Source: an uncultured Gammaproteobacteria bacterium
GTDB lineage: Bacteria > Pseudomonadota > Gammaproteobacteria > Steroidobacterales > Rariloculaceae
Direction: 5' to 3'
Length of the DNA: 24,000 bases
Assembly (NCBI GenBank): GCA_963713355.1
Contig: CAVQLK010000001.1
Coordinates: forward strand, 109,725-133,724
In this document: piece after piece, positions 17,093 to 24,000 of the stretch
Layout of the letters: every line of letters begins with the position of its first letter
Position numbering within the stretch: position 1 is the first letter of the stretch
Notes under the pieces: generated by a model
The model's database searches: none
What the model saw: the letters and a program-made list of their open reading frames with translations, nothing else
Told to the model about the DNA's origin: nothing
Program-made: the position numbers and the translations under genes

Positions 17093-17551
17093 ATGCACAT
17101 CGAGCGAGACGACCCGCTTCGCCCCGAAGTCCTTGCGCTGCTGAACGAGCACCTGGCGAACATGCACGCGCTGGGGCCGCCGGAGAGCGTGCATGCCTTG
17201 GACGCAAACGCACTGCGAAGCTCCGACGTCACGTTCTGGACGGTATGGGAAGACGGCGTGCTGCTCGGATGCGGGGCTCTCAAGGAGCTCGATCCGACGC
17301 ACGGGGAAGTGAAGTCGATGCGCACGCCCGCCCACTTGCGCCGCCGCGGCGCCGGTCGCGCCGTTCTGGCGCACATCCTGGCCGAAGCCAGGGCGCGCGG
17401 CTATCGACGGCTCAGCTTGGAGACGGGCTCGGTGGAGGCTTTCGAGGCCGCGCAGAAGCTCTACGAAAGTGTCGGCTTCGTCTACTGCGGTCCCTTCGGG
17501 CCGTACAAAAAGGACCCCTACAGCACCTTCATGACGCTCGAGCTCGAGTAG
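17093..17551 (+). CDS. GNAT-family N-acetyltransferase
   Basis: 152 aa from ATG 17093 (codon 20 of tracked ORF 17036..17551), which avoids overlap with the upstream gene. The acetyl-CoA motif is RRRGAGRAVLAHILAEARARGYRRLSLETG. Confidence 0.85.
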   Translation: MHIERDDPLRPEVLALLNEHLANMHALGPPESVHALDANALRSSDVTFWTVWEDGVLLGCGALKELDPTHGEVKSMRTPAHLRRRGAGRAVLAHILAEARARGYRRLSLETGSVEAFEAAQKLYESVGFVYCGPFGPYKKDPYSTFMTLELE

Positions 17552-17563
17552 CGGCGTGACTCG

Positions 17564-18940
17564 CTAAACCAGCGCCCCGCCGACCTCGAACAGCCGTTCG
17601 ACCTCGTCGATCTGACGGCGGTCGGCGATGAAGAGGATCACGTGGTCATCGGCCTCGATCATCGTGTCGTGGTGGGCCATCAGCACCTGCTCGCCGCGGA
17701 CGATCGCGCTGATCGTGGCGCCGCGCGGGAGCTGAATCTCCTCGATGCGACGCCCCACGACGCGCGACTCGCGCGCTTCGCCATGCGCGACGGCCTCGAT
17801 GGCCTCCGCTGCGCCGCGGCGCAGCGAGTGCACCTTGACGACGTCGCCGCGGCGCACGTGCGCGAGAATCGTCCCCAGGGTGATCTGCTGCGGTGAGATC
17901 GCGATGTCGATCGTGCCCGCTTCGACGAGCTCGGCGTAGGCGATCTTGTTGATCAAGGCCATGACTTTGCGCGCGCCGAGCCGCTTCGCGAGCATCGACG
18001 ACAGTATGTTGGCTTCCTCGGCGTTCGTGACGGCGACGAACACGTCGGTGCTGTCGATGTTCTCCTCGAGCAGCAGCTCCTCGTCGGCCGAGTCGCCGTG
18101 CAGCACGATCGCGCGCGAAAGCTGGTCCGAGATCCGCCGCGCGCGCTGCCAATCCCGCTCGATGATCTTGACCTGGCACGTGCCTTCGAGCGTGCGCGCG
18201 AGGTCGAGGCCGATGTTGCCGCCGCCCGCGATCACGACCTTGCGCGCCGGCTCATCGAGCTTGCGCATCTCGCGCAGCACGGTACGCGCGTCGTTGCGCG
18301 CGGCGAGGAAGAACACCTCATCGCCTTCCTCGACGACGGTGTCGCCGTCCGGAATGATGCCTCTGCCGCCGCGGTAGATCGCCACGACCCGGTTTTCGAC
18401 GTTGGGGATGTGCTTCGGCAGGTCGCGCAGGGGGTGTCCCACGAGCGCGCCGCCGCGGTCAGCCCGCGTCGCGACGAGCTTCACCCTACCATCGGCGAAC
18501 TCGAGGACCTGAAGCGCGCCCGGGAAGCGAATCAGCTGGGCGATGTAGTCGGTGACGAGCGAGGATGGGCTGATCGCGACGTCGACGGGGATGCCGCCCG
18601 GGCCGAACAGGGCCTCGTTCGCAATCAGCGCGCGGGCGCGGATGCGGGCTATCCGGGTCGGAGTGCGGAACAGAGTCAGGGCGATCTGGCACGCGAGCAT
18701 GTTGATCTCGTCGCTGCTCGTCAGCGCGATCAGCATGTCGGCGTCGCGCGCCCCGGCGCGTTCGAGGACGTCGGGATACGAGGCGTTGCCGACGACGGTG
18801 CGCACGTCGAGCCGGTCCTGCAGCTCGCGCAGCACGTCGGCATTCCGATCGACGATCGTGACCTCGTTGGCCTCCTCTCTCGCGAGACTGACCGCCGCCG
18901 TGCTGCCGACTTGCCCGGCCCCGAGAATGAGGATCTTCAT
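17564..18940 (-). CDS. trkA: Trk potassium-uptake system NAD-binding subunit TrkA
   Basis: 458 aa from ATG 18940 (codon 49 of tracked ORF 17564..19084). It has two Rossmann/RCK units (MKILILGAGQVG and KVVIAGGGNIG). The 48 upstream codons are Arg-rich and lie in the repeat region. Confidence 0.93.
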   Translation of the reverse strand: MKILILGAGQVGSTAAVSLAREEANEVTIVDRNADVLRELQDRLDVRTVVGNASYPDVLERAGARDADMLIALTSSDEINMLACQIALTLFRTPTRIARIRARALIANEALFGPGGIPVDVAISPSSLVTDYIAQLIRFPGALQVLEFADGRVKLVATRADRGGALVGHPLRDLPKHIPNVENRVVAIYRGGRGIIPDGDTVVEEGDEVFFLAARNDARTVLREMRKLDEPARKVVIAGGGNIGLDLARTLEGTCQVKIIERDWQRARRISDQLSRAIVLHGDSADEELLLEENIDSTDVFVAVTNAEEANILSSMLAKRLGARKVMALINKIAYAELVEAGTIDIAISPQQITLGTILAHVRRGDVVKVHSLRRGAAEAIEAVAHGEARESRVVGRRIEEIQLPRGATISAIVRGEQVLMAHHDTMIEADDHVILFIADRRQIDEVERLFEVGGALV

Positions 18941-18984
18941 AATGCGCCGCGATCGGCGACAGCGCGCGTGGCTCCAGGCTCGCG

Positions 18985-19081
18985 CGTCGAAGGGCCCTTC
19001 CGAGACACGCCGGAAGACCGTCCCTGGGGCTCGTGCGCGCACATCCCTGTGCGCGCACGGTCTCGGAAGGACCCTTCGACG
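18985..19081. repeat. Structured palindromic repeat, copy E1 (REP/REPIN-like)
   Basis: The outer inverted repeat has 22-bp arms, 18985-19006 and 19060-19081, with 1 mismatch. The core is 19007-19059. Inside it is a perfect 10-bp inner stem GTGCGCGCAC (19033-19042 and 19049-19058) around the loop ATCCCT (19043-19048). Confidence 0.85.
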
Positions 19082-19106
19082 CACAAGCCTGAAGCCACGG
19101 TTGATT

Positions 19107-19139
19107 TCATCCGCGGACGCCCATAACGAGGATCTTCAT
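19107..19139 (-). other. 10-codon upstream ORF (MKILVMGVRG*) mimicking the trkA start; leader peptide or relic of a displaced start
   Basis: ATGAAGATCCTCGTTATGGG here compares with ATGAAGATCCTCATTCTCGG at the trkA start (18940). It is preceded by GGTGGTGGAAAAG and lies between repeat copies E2 and E1. Confidence 0.3.
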
Positions 19140-19162
19140 CTTTTCCACCACCAACGCCAAAC

Positions 19163-19286
19163 GCAGCGCGCGGAGACGCATACGGTGTTCGCCGGGGCGC
19201 TGCGCGCCAGGGATGGCGCGCAGCGAGCCTACAGGGACGTATTCACGGCGTCCCCGGCGAATACCGTATGCGGCTCCGCGCGCTGC
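19163..19286. repeat. Structured palindromic repeat, copy E2 (inverted relative to E1)
   Basis: The outer inverted repeat has 35-bp arms, 19163-19197 and 19252-19286, with 2 mismatches. The core is 19198-19251, with a perfect 10-bp inner stem 19199-19208/19215-19224 around AGGGAT (19209-19214), the reverse complement of the E1 loop. By hand alignment the core is about four-fifths identical to the reverse complement of the E1 core. Confidence 0.85.
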
Positions 19287-19301
19287 ACTACCGCCCAAAG
19301 T

Positions 19302-21456
19302 CTACATGAGCTCGAGGTTGGCGTAGGCGACGACGAGCCACTTCGTGCCGGAGGCTTCGAAGTTGACTTGCACGCGCGCGTGCGCGCCGCTGCCTTCGCT
19401 GTTGAGCACGATGCCTTCGCCGAACTTGCCGTGGCGCACGCGCTGGCCGAGCCGCACGCCGCCGGCGATACGCTCGGCCGGCGCGGAGCGGCGGTAGATA
19501 GGGCGGGACACGACCATGGCCGGGCGCACTTCCTCGATGAGCTCGGGCGGGATCTCGCGCAGGAAGCGCGACGGCGTCGCGAAGGTCTCGACGCCGTGCA
19601 TGCGGCGCTGCTCGGCGTGCGTGAGGTACAGCTCGCGCTTCGCGCGCGTGATGCCGACGTAGCAGAGGCGCCGCTCTTCCTCGAGGCCGGCGGCGTCGTT
19701 CAGGGAACGCTGGTGCGGGAACAGACCGTCCTCCATGCCGCAGAGAAACAGCAGCGAGAACTCGAGCCCCTTCGCGGAGTGCAGCGTCATGAGCTGCACG
19801 CTGTCCTGATACGCCTCCGCTTGGCCATCGCCGGACTCGAGCACGGCGAACGCCAGGAATTCCGCGAGCGGCGGCAGGTCGCTGTCCTCGTTGCGCATGA
19901 CCTCGCGCGCCGCATTGACGAGCTCCTCGAGGTTCTCGACACGCGCCTCGCCGCTGACATCCGTGCGCTTGCCGTGATGCGCGATGAGGCCGCTGCGCTC
20001 GATGACGCGCGCGACTTGCTCGTGCAGCGCGTCGCCGCGAGTGTCGGTGTCGAGCGTCTCGACGAGATTCAGAAAGCCGAACAGCGCTTCGGCAGCGCGC
20101 TTCGCGAGCGTTCCTTCGGCGATCAGCGCAGCAGCCGCGCGCCACAAGCTCGTGCCGGCGCCGCGTGCGTGCTCGCGGACTGCCTCGACGGTGCGAGCGC
20201 CGATGCCGCGCGGCGGGACGTTGACGACGCGCTCGAACGACGGATCGTCGTCGCGGTTCATGACGAGCCGCAGGTAGGCGAGCGCGTCCTTGATCTCGGC
20301 GCGCTCGAAGAATCGCAAGCCGCCATAGACGCGGTACGGAATGCCCGCCGCGAGCAAGCCTTCCTCGAAGACACGCGACTGCGCGTTCGAGCGATAGAGC
20401 ACGGCGGCCTCGCTGCGCTTGCCGCCCTGCGCGACGTGGTCCTGGATGCGGTTGATGACGAACTCGGCTTCGTCGCGCTCGTTGAAGGCCGCGTACAGCT
20501 TGATCGGCTCGCCCGCCTGCCCTTCAGTCCAAAGCGTCTTGCCGAGCCTAGAGGAGTTGTTCGCGATGACGGCATTCGCGGCGTTCAAGATCGTCGCCGT
20601 CGAGCGGTAGTTCTGCTCGAGCCGCACGACCTGCGTGCCCGCGTAGTCCTGCTGAAAGCGATAGAGGTTCTCGACGCGCGCGCCGCGCCAGCGGTAGATC
20701 GATTGATCGTCGTCGCCGACGACGAACGGGTTGCCGGCGGGTCCCGCCAGCAGGCGCAGCCAGCGGTACTGGATCGCGTTCGTGTCCTGGAACTCGTCGA
20801 CGAGCACGTGCTGAAAGCGGTGCTGGTACTGGCGTTGCAGGTCCAAATTGTCGCGCAAGAGCTCGAGGCTGCGCAGCAGCAGCTCGCCGAAATCGACGAC
20901 GGACGCCGCGGCGCACGCCTGCTCGTAGCGCTCGTAGAGGTCGATCATCTGCCGGCGGCCCGCGTTACCCTCGTCGCGCAGCTCTTTCGGGCGCAGGCCC
21001 TCGTCTTTCTGCGCGTTGATGAACCACTGGATCTCCTTCGGCACCCAGACGTTCTCGTCGAGCTCGAGCGAGCGCAGCATGCGCCGGATCATGCGGTGCT
21101 GATCCTCGGAATCCATGATCTGGAAGCCTTCGGCGAGCCCGGCTTCGCGCGCGTGGATACGCAGCAAGCGATGCGATAAGCCGTGAAAGGTACCGATCCA
21201 TAAGTTTCGCGTCGGCACGCCGAGCAGCGCCTCGACGCGGTCGCGCATCTCCGCGGCCGCCTTGTTCGTGAACGTCACGGCGAGCACGTGTTGCAGCCGC
21301 GACGCCGCCGACGCGAATGACCCACGCGATCCGGTGGACGAGCACGCGCGTCTTGCCGCTGCCGGCGCCGGCCAGCACTAGCGTCGGGCGGTCCGGCGCC
21401 GTGACGGCCTCGCGCTGAGCGTCGTTCAACGGGTCGATGATGTCTGTAACGTCCAT
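19302..21456 (-). pseudogene. uvrD: DNA helicase II UvrD, interrupted by a single-base frame break near 21288-21305 (true pseudogene or sequencing indel)
   Basis: N-terminal ORF 20965..21456 gives LNDAQREAV...[27 protein letters not shown] and then nonsense. ORF 19302..21287 resumes with [18 protein letters not shown] and carries all later SF1 motifs plus a UvrD-type C-terminus (GTKWLVVAYANLELM). Skipping one base restores about 717 codons. Confidence 0.9.
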
Positions 21457-21499
21457 CGTGTCGCGAGAGTCGCGCCGGTGAAAGAAGGCTACGCGGCGG

Positions 21500-22414
21500 T
21501 TACGCCGGCCAGACGGCCGGCATGTAGTGATCGATCAGCAGGAAGCTGAAGAGCGCCATCAAATACGCGATCGAATAGCGGAACGTCGTCATCGGCGAAT
21601 CTTGGTGCGGCGCAAATTTCAGCTGCAGCGCGTAGTAGAGAAACCCGCCGCCGAGCAGGAGCGCACCGAACAGGTAGAACGGTCCGGTCATGCCGGTGAT
21701 GTACGGCAGCACGGTCACGAGGATCAGCAAGATCGTGTAATAGACGACGAACGACTTCGTGACGTCGACGCCGTGCGTGACCGGCAGCATCGGGATGTCG
21801 GCGCGCTCGTAGTCCGAGCGGCGTGCGATCGCCAGCGCCCAGAAATGCGGCGGCGTCCACGTGAAGATGATCAGAAACAGCAGCAGCGCGTGCGGATCCG
21901 CGGAGCCCGTGACGGCCGTCCAGCCGAGCACGGGCGGTGCCGCGCCCGCGGCGCCGCCGATCACGATGTTCTGCGGCGTCGCGCGCTTCAAGTACACCGT
22001 GTAAACGACGGCATACCCGATCAGCGACAGGAACGTCAGCGCCGCCGTCAACACGTTGACGAATAGAACGAGCACGAGCAGGCCCGAGAGACCGAGACCC
22101 ATCGCGAACGCCAGCGCGTCGCGCTCGCCGATACGCCCTTGCGGCAGAGGCCGATTACGCGTGCGCGCCATCTGCGCATCGATGCGCTGATCGAGGATCT
22201 GATTGACGACGGCGCCCGCTGCCGCCGCGAGACCAATTCCCAAGCTTGCCGCGATCAGCACGTTCCACGGCACCATACCCGGTGTGGCCAAAAACATCCC
22301 GACCACGGCCGTGAAGACGAGCAGCTGCACCACGCCCGGCTTCGTCAGCGCGTAGTAGTCGCGCCAGTGAGCGCCTGCGCGCGGTTCAACGTTGCCTAAT
22401 TCTTTGGTTAGCAT
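21500..22414 (-). CDS. ctaB: Protohaem IX farnesyltransferase (haem O synthase)
   Basis: 304 aa, UbiA-family: [37 protein letters not shown], and 8-9 TM segments. It lies downstream of ctaA. Confidence 0.93.
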   Translation of the reverse strand: MLTKELGNVEPRAGAHWRDYYALTKPGVVQLLVFTAVVGMFLATPGMVPWNVLIAASLGIGLAAAAGAVVNQILDQRIDAQMARTRNRPLPQGRIGERDALAFAMGLGLSGLLVLVLFVNVLTAALTFLSLIGYAVVYTVYLKRATPQNIVIGGAAGAAPPVLGWTAVTGSADPHALLLFLIIFTWTPPHFWALAIARRSDYERADIPMLPVTHGVDVTKSFVVYYTILLILVTVLPYITGMTGPFYLFGALLLGGGFLYYALQLKFAPHQDSPMTTFRYSIAYLMALFSFLLIDHYMPAVWPA

Positions 22415-23361
22415 TGATGACGGCCAACAGCAGCATTGCGGCGACGCCGTTGTGCAGGACCGCTACGGTCAACGGGACGCCGAACCAGACGATACTAACA
22501 CCGAGGCCAAGCTGCAGGAGCAGCGCGGCCAGCGACCGCGCTGCCGTCGGCGCGCGTGCCGGGCTCGCGCGCGAGACGCCAGCCGAGCAGCGCGATCAGG
22601 ATCGCGGCGACCAGTGCGCCCAAGCGGTGCGTGAAGTGCACGGCCACTCGCGCAGGGTGATCGAGCACGCCGCCTTCGTAGTCGACGCCGAGGCCTCGCC
22701 ACAAAACGAATCCTTCCTCGAAGTCCGCGACCGAAGGCCACCATTGCGTCTGGCAAGTCGGAAAATCCGGGCATGCGAGCGCGGCATAGTTGGCGCTCGT
22801 CCAGCCGCCCAGCGAGATCTGCAGCACGAGCGCCGCGGCCGCGGCGAAGCCCAGCGCGCGCAGCGCGGGTGTCGGCGACGGGAAGCGCGCGCTGCGCCAG
22901 CGGCCGAGAGAGACGAGCAGCGCAAGCGTTGCGAAGCCGCCGAGCAAGTGCGCGACGACGACGATGGGCTTCAGCAGCAACGTCACGGTCCACATGCCGA
23001 GCAGCCCTTGGAAGACGACGAGCACGACGAGCGCAGCCGGTGCGCGCTTCGGCTGCGCGGGATCGCGGCGGTTCAGCCAAGCGATGACGGCGAGCGCGAC
23101 GCAAATGAGACCAAGCCCGCTGGCAAGATAGCGATGGATCATCTCGCGCCAAGCTTTGCCGGCCTCGAGCGGGCGCGTGTACTCGCTGCTTAGCTCGGTC
23201 GCGGCCGTCGCCGGATCGGGAACGATGAGCTGCCCGTAGCAGCCAGGCCAGTCGGGACAGCCGAGCCCCGCGTCGGTGAGGCGCACCCAAGCGCCGAGCA
23301 TGACGACGGCGAGGGCCAGCACGGCGCCGGCGCGCGCCAAGCGGACGAACAGTAAACTCAT
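22386..23361 (-). pseudogene. ctaA: Haem A synthase CtaA/COX15, with a single-base frame break between about 22497 and 22600 (pseudogene or sequencing indel)
   Basis: From ATG 23361 the protein reads MSLLFVRLA...GLGCPDWPGCYG...ACPDFPTCQ...HFTHRLGALVAAILIALLGW. The tracked frame then ends in unrelated residues at 22495. The +1 frame continues with the expected last TM segments, [38 protein letters not shown], to a TGA at 22386-22388, overlapping the ctaB start. Confidence 0.85.
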
Positions 23362-23894
23362 GAGTCGGATCCAGACAGCAACCGCTCGAGGTCGCGCAAC
23401 AGCTCTTTCTGCGCTACGTCGGGCGGATAGCTCAAGATCACGAACCCGCGCGGATCGGTCACATACACGCGGCCGCTTCGTAAGGCCTCCGCGCCGAGCG
23501 CTTCGACGACGCCGCGGCCGATTTCGTCGTCGAGGGCGTGCGAGGCGAGCTCTGCATCGCCGAGCGGCGGTAAGCCGCCGACGTGCCACGCCGCTCGTTC
23601 CACGCGATCCGCATCGCGGCCGAGAGCCCGTTGCACCTGCAGGAGCCGGCCCAAGTGCTGCACGCATTGCTGTTCGCAGGGGCCCGTTGCTGCGTAGACG
23701 AGCTGCCACGGCCGCGCGTCGGCGGATCGCCATTGCAGCGGCAATGCGACCGGCTCGCGCAGCAGCTCGCGGCTGCCGGGAAGCTGGGGCAGCCAGGTGC
23801 TGCCGAAGGGCCCGTAATAAAGGAGTAGCGCCGCCGCTAACGGGCCAAAGCACACCAGCCCCACGAGCCACGGTGCGAATGACCGCTGTTTCAC
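23358..23894 (-). CDS. Membrane-anchored thioredoxin-fold / SCO-like protein with a CxxxC motif, in the oxidase-assembly cluster
   Basis: 178 aa from GTG 23894 (codon 25 of tracked ORF 23358..23966). It has one N-terminal TM segment and LVYAATGPCEQQC (C-x3-C, as in SCO1/SenC). Its start overlaps the surf1 stop (GTGA) and its stop overlaps the ctaA start (ATGA). Confidence 0.6.
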   Translation of the reverse strand: MKQRSFAPWLVGLVCFGPLAAALLLYYGPFGSTWLPQLPGSRELLREPVALPLQWRSADARPWQLVYAATGPCEQQCVQHLGRLLQVQRALGRDADRVERAAWHVGGLPPLGDAELASHALDDEIGRGVVEALGAEALRSGRVYVTDPRGFVILSYPPDVAQKELLRDLERLLSGSDS

Positions 23895-24000
23895 GCCTTG
23901 CCCCTTGCCGTCCTGACGGCGATCACGAGCGCCGCAGCGAAGGCGCCTGCGGCGAGCAGCAGCCACTGCCCCGCATACGCGAGGTGCCGCTCGGGCGGCA
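23891..24000 (-). CDS. SURF1-family oxidase assembly protein, C-terminal fragment (5' end outside the window)
   Basis: The translation PPERHLAYAGQWLLLAAGAFAAALVIAVRTARGKA* matches the conserved SURF1 C-terminal PERH-x-x-YA-x-QW motif plus a final TM segment. This frame is not in the ORF track because it is truncated by the window edge. Confidence 0.7.
   Translation of the reverse strand, partial: PPERHLAYAGQWLLLAAGAFAAALVIAVRTARGKA

Noticed and set aside
15988-17376. The N-terminal 460 codons of the 601-aa minus-strand ORF
   Set aside because: They overlap the well-supported homocysteine S-methyltransferase and GNAT genes on the + strand. Only the last 138 codons (the TPR protein) look genuine.
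18941-19301. A K+-related riboswitch (c-di-AMP/ydaO-type) in the trkA leader
   Set aside because: The pseudo-symmetry comes from two inverted repeat copies, not from the conserved ydaO-type motifs, and I cannot match that consensus by eye. A covariance-model scan would be needed before making such a claim.
18552-21179. 875-aa ORF on the + strand
   Set aside because: It is antisense to trkA and uvrD, whose translations carry clear family motifs. Its composition is Arg/Ala/Asp-rich and low in complexity, typical of a shadow ORF in high-GC DNA.
23362-23871. The 170-codon N-terminal extension of the tracked ctaA ORF (22495..23871)
   Set aside because: It is Arg/Ala-rich with no TM segments, and it overlaps the better-supported SCO-like gene in another frame. 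CtaA homology begins at the ATG at 23361.
1-24000. Search for a defence, mobile or otherwise novel multi-gene system (integrase, transposase, reverse transcriptase, Cas, toxin-antitoxin, phage genes)
   Set aside because: Every substantial ORF with coding-like composition is assignable to a housekeeping, transport or respiratory family. No accessory-island hallmarks (tRNA border, GC trough over several kb, recombinase) are visible. I will not claim a system I cannot support.

Overview
The window is a visibly high-GC (about two-thirds G+C by eye, not computed) chromosomal segment. Gene order is gammaproteobacterial: polA, engB, cc4 and dsbA sit together as in Pseudomonas, but the taxon is only an inference. 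Almost everything is core housekeeping or respiration. In order: polA 3' end, engB, cytochrome c4, dsbA, a POT and an OPT peptide transporter, ybdL-like aminotransferase, tatCBA, dtd, azurin. Next comes an A-type haem-copper oxidase operon: subunit II with two c-haem domains, subunit I, two subunit-III paralogues, subunit IV and a small His-tailed membrane protein. After it: a TPR protein, homocysteine S-methyltransferase, a GNAT, trkA, uvrD, and a minus-strand oxidase-assembly operon (surf1, SCO-like gene, ctaA, ctaB). I found no integrase, transposase, reverse transcriptase, CRISPR array, toxin-antitoxin pair or recognisable defence system, so I cannot support a claim of a new multi-gene system here. 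Five things deserve a second look. (1) Oxidase subunits II and I lie in one uninterrupted 1083-codon frame, bridged by a 21-bp tandem repeat in a stretch with non-coding codon usage. (2) Two inverted copies of a structured repeat lie between uvrD and trkA; they share a conserved core but have unrelated, self-complementary outer stems, and they bracket a 10-codon uORF that mimics the trkA start. (3) uvrD and ctaA each carry a single-base frame break. (4) A candidate Spot 42/ErsA-type sRNA with a sigma-E-like promoter sits in the polA-engB spacer. (5) cc4 and DsbA both have lipobox signal peptides. Most long antisense ORFs in the track are high-GC shadow ORFs.
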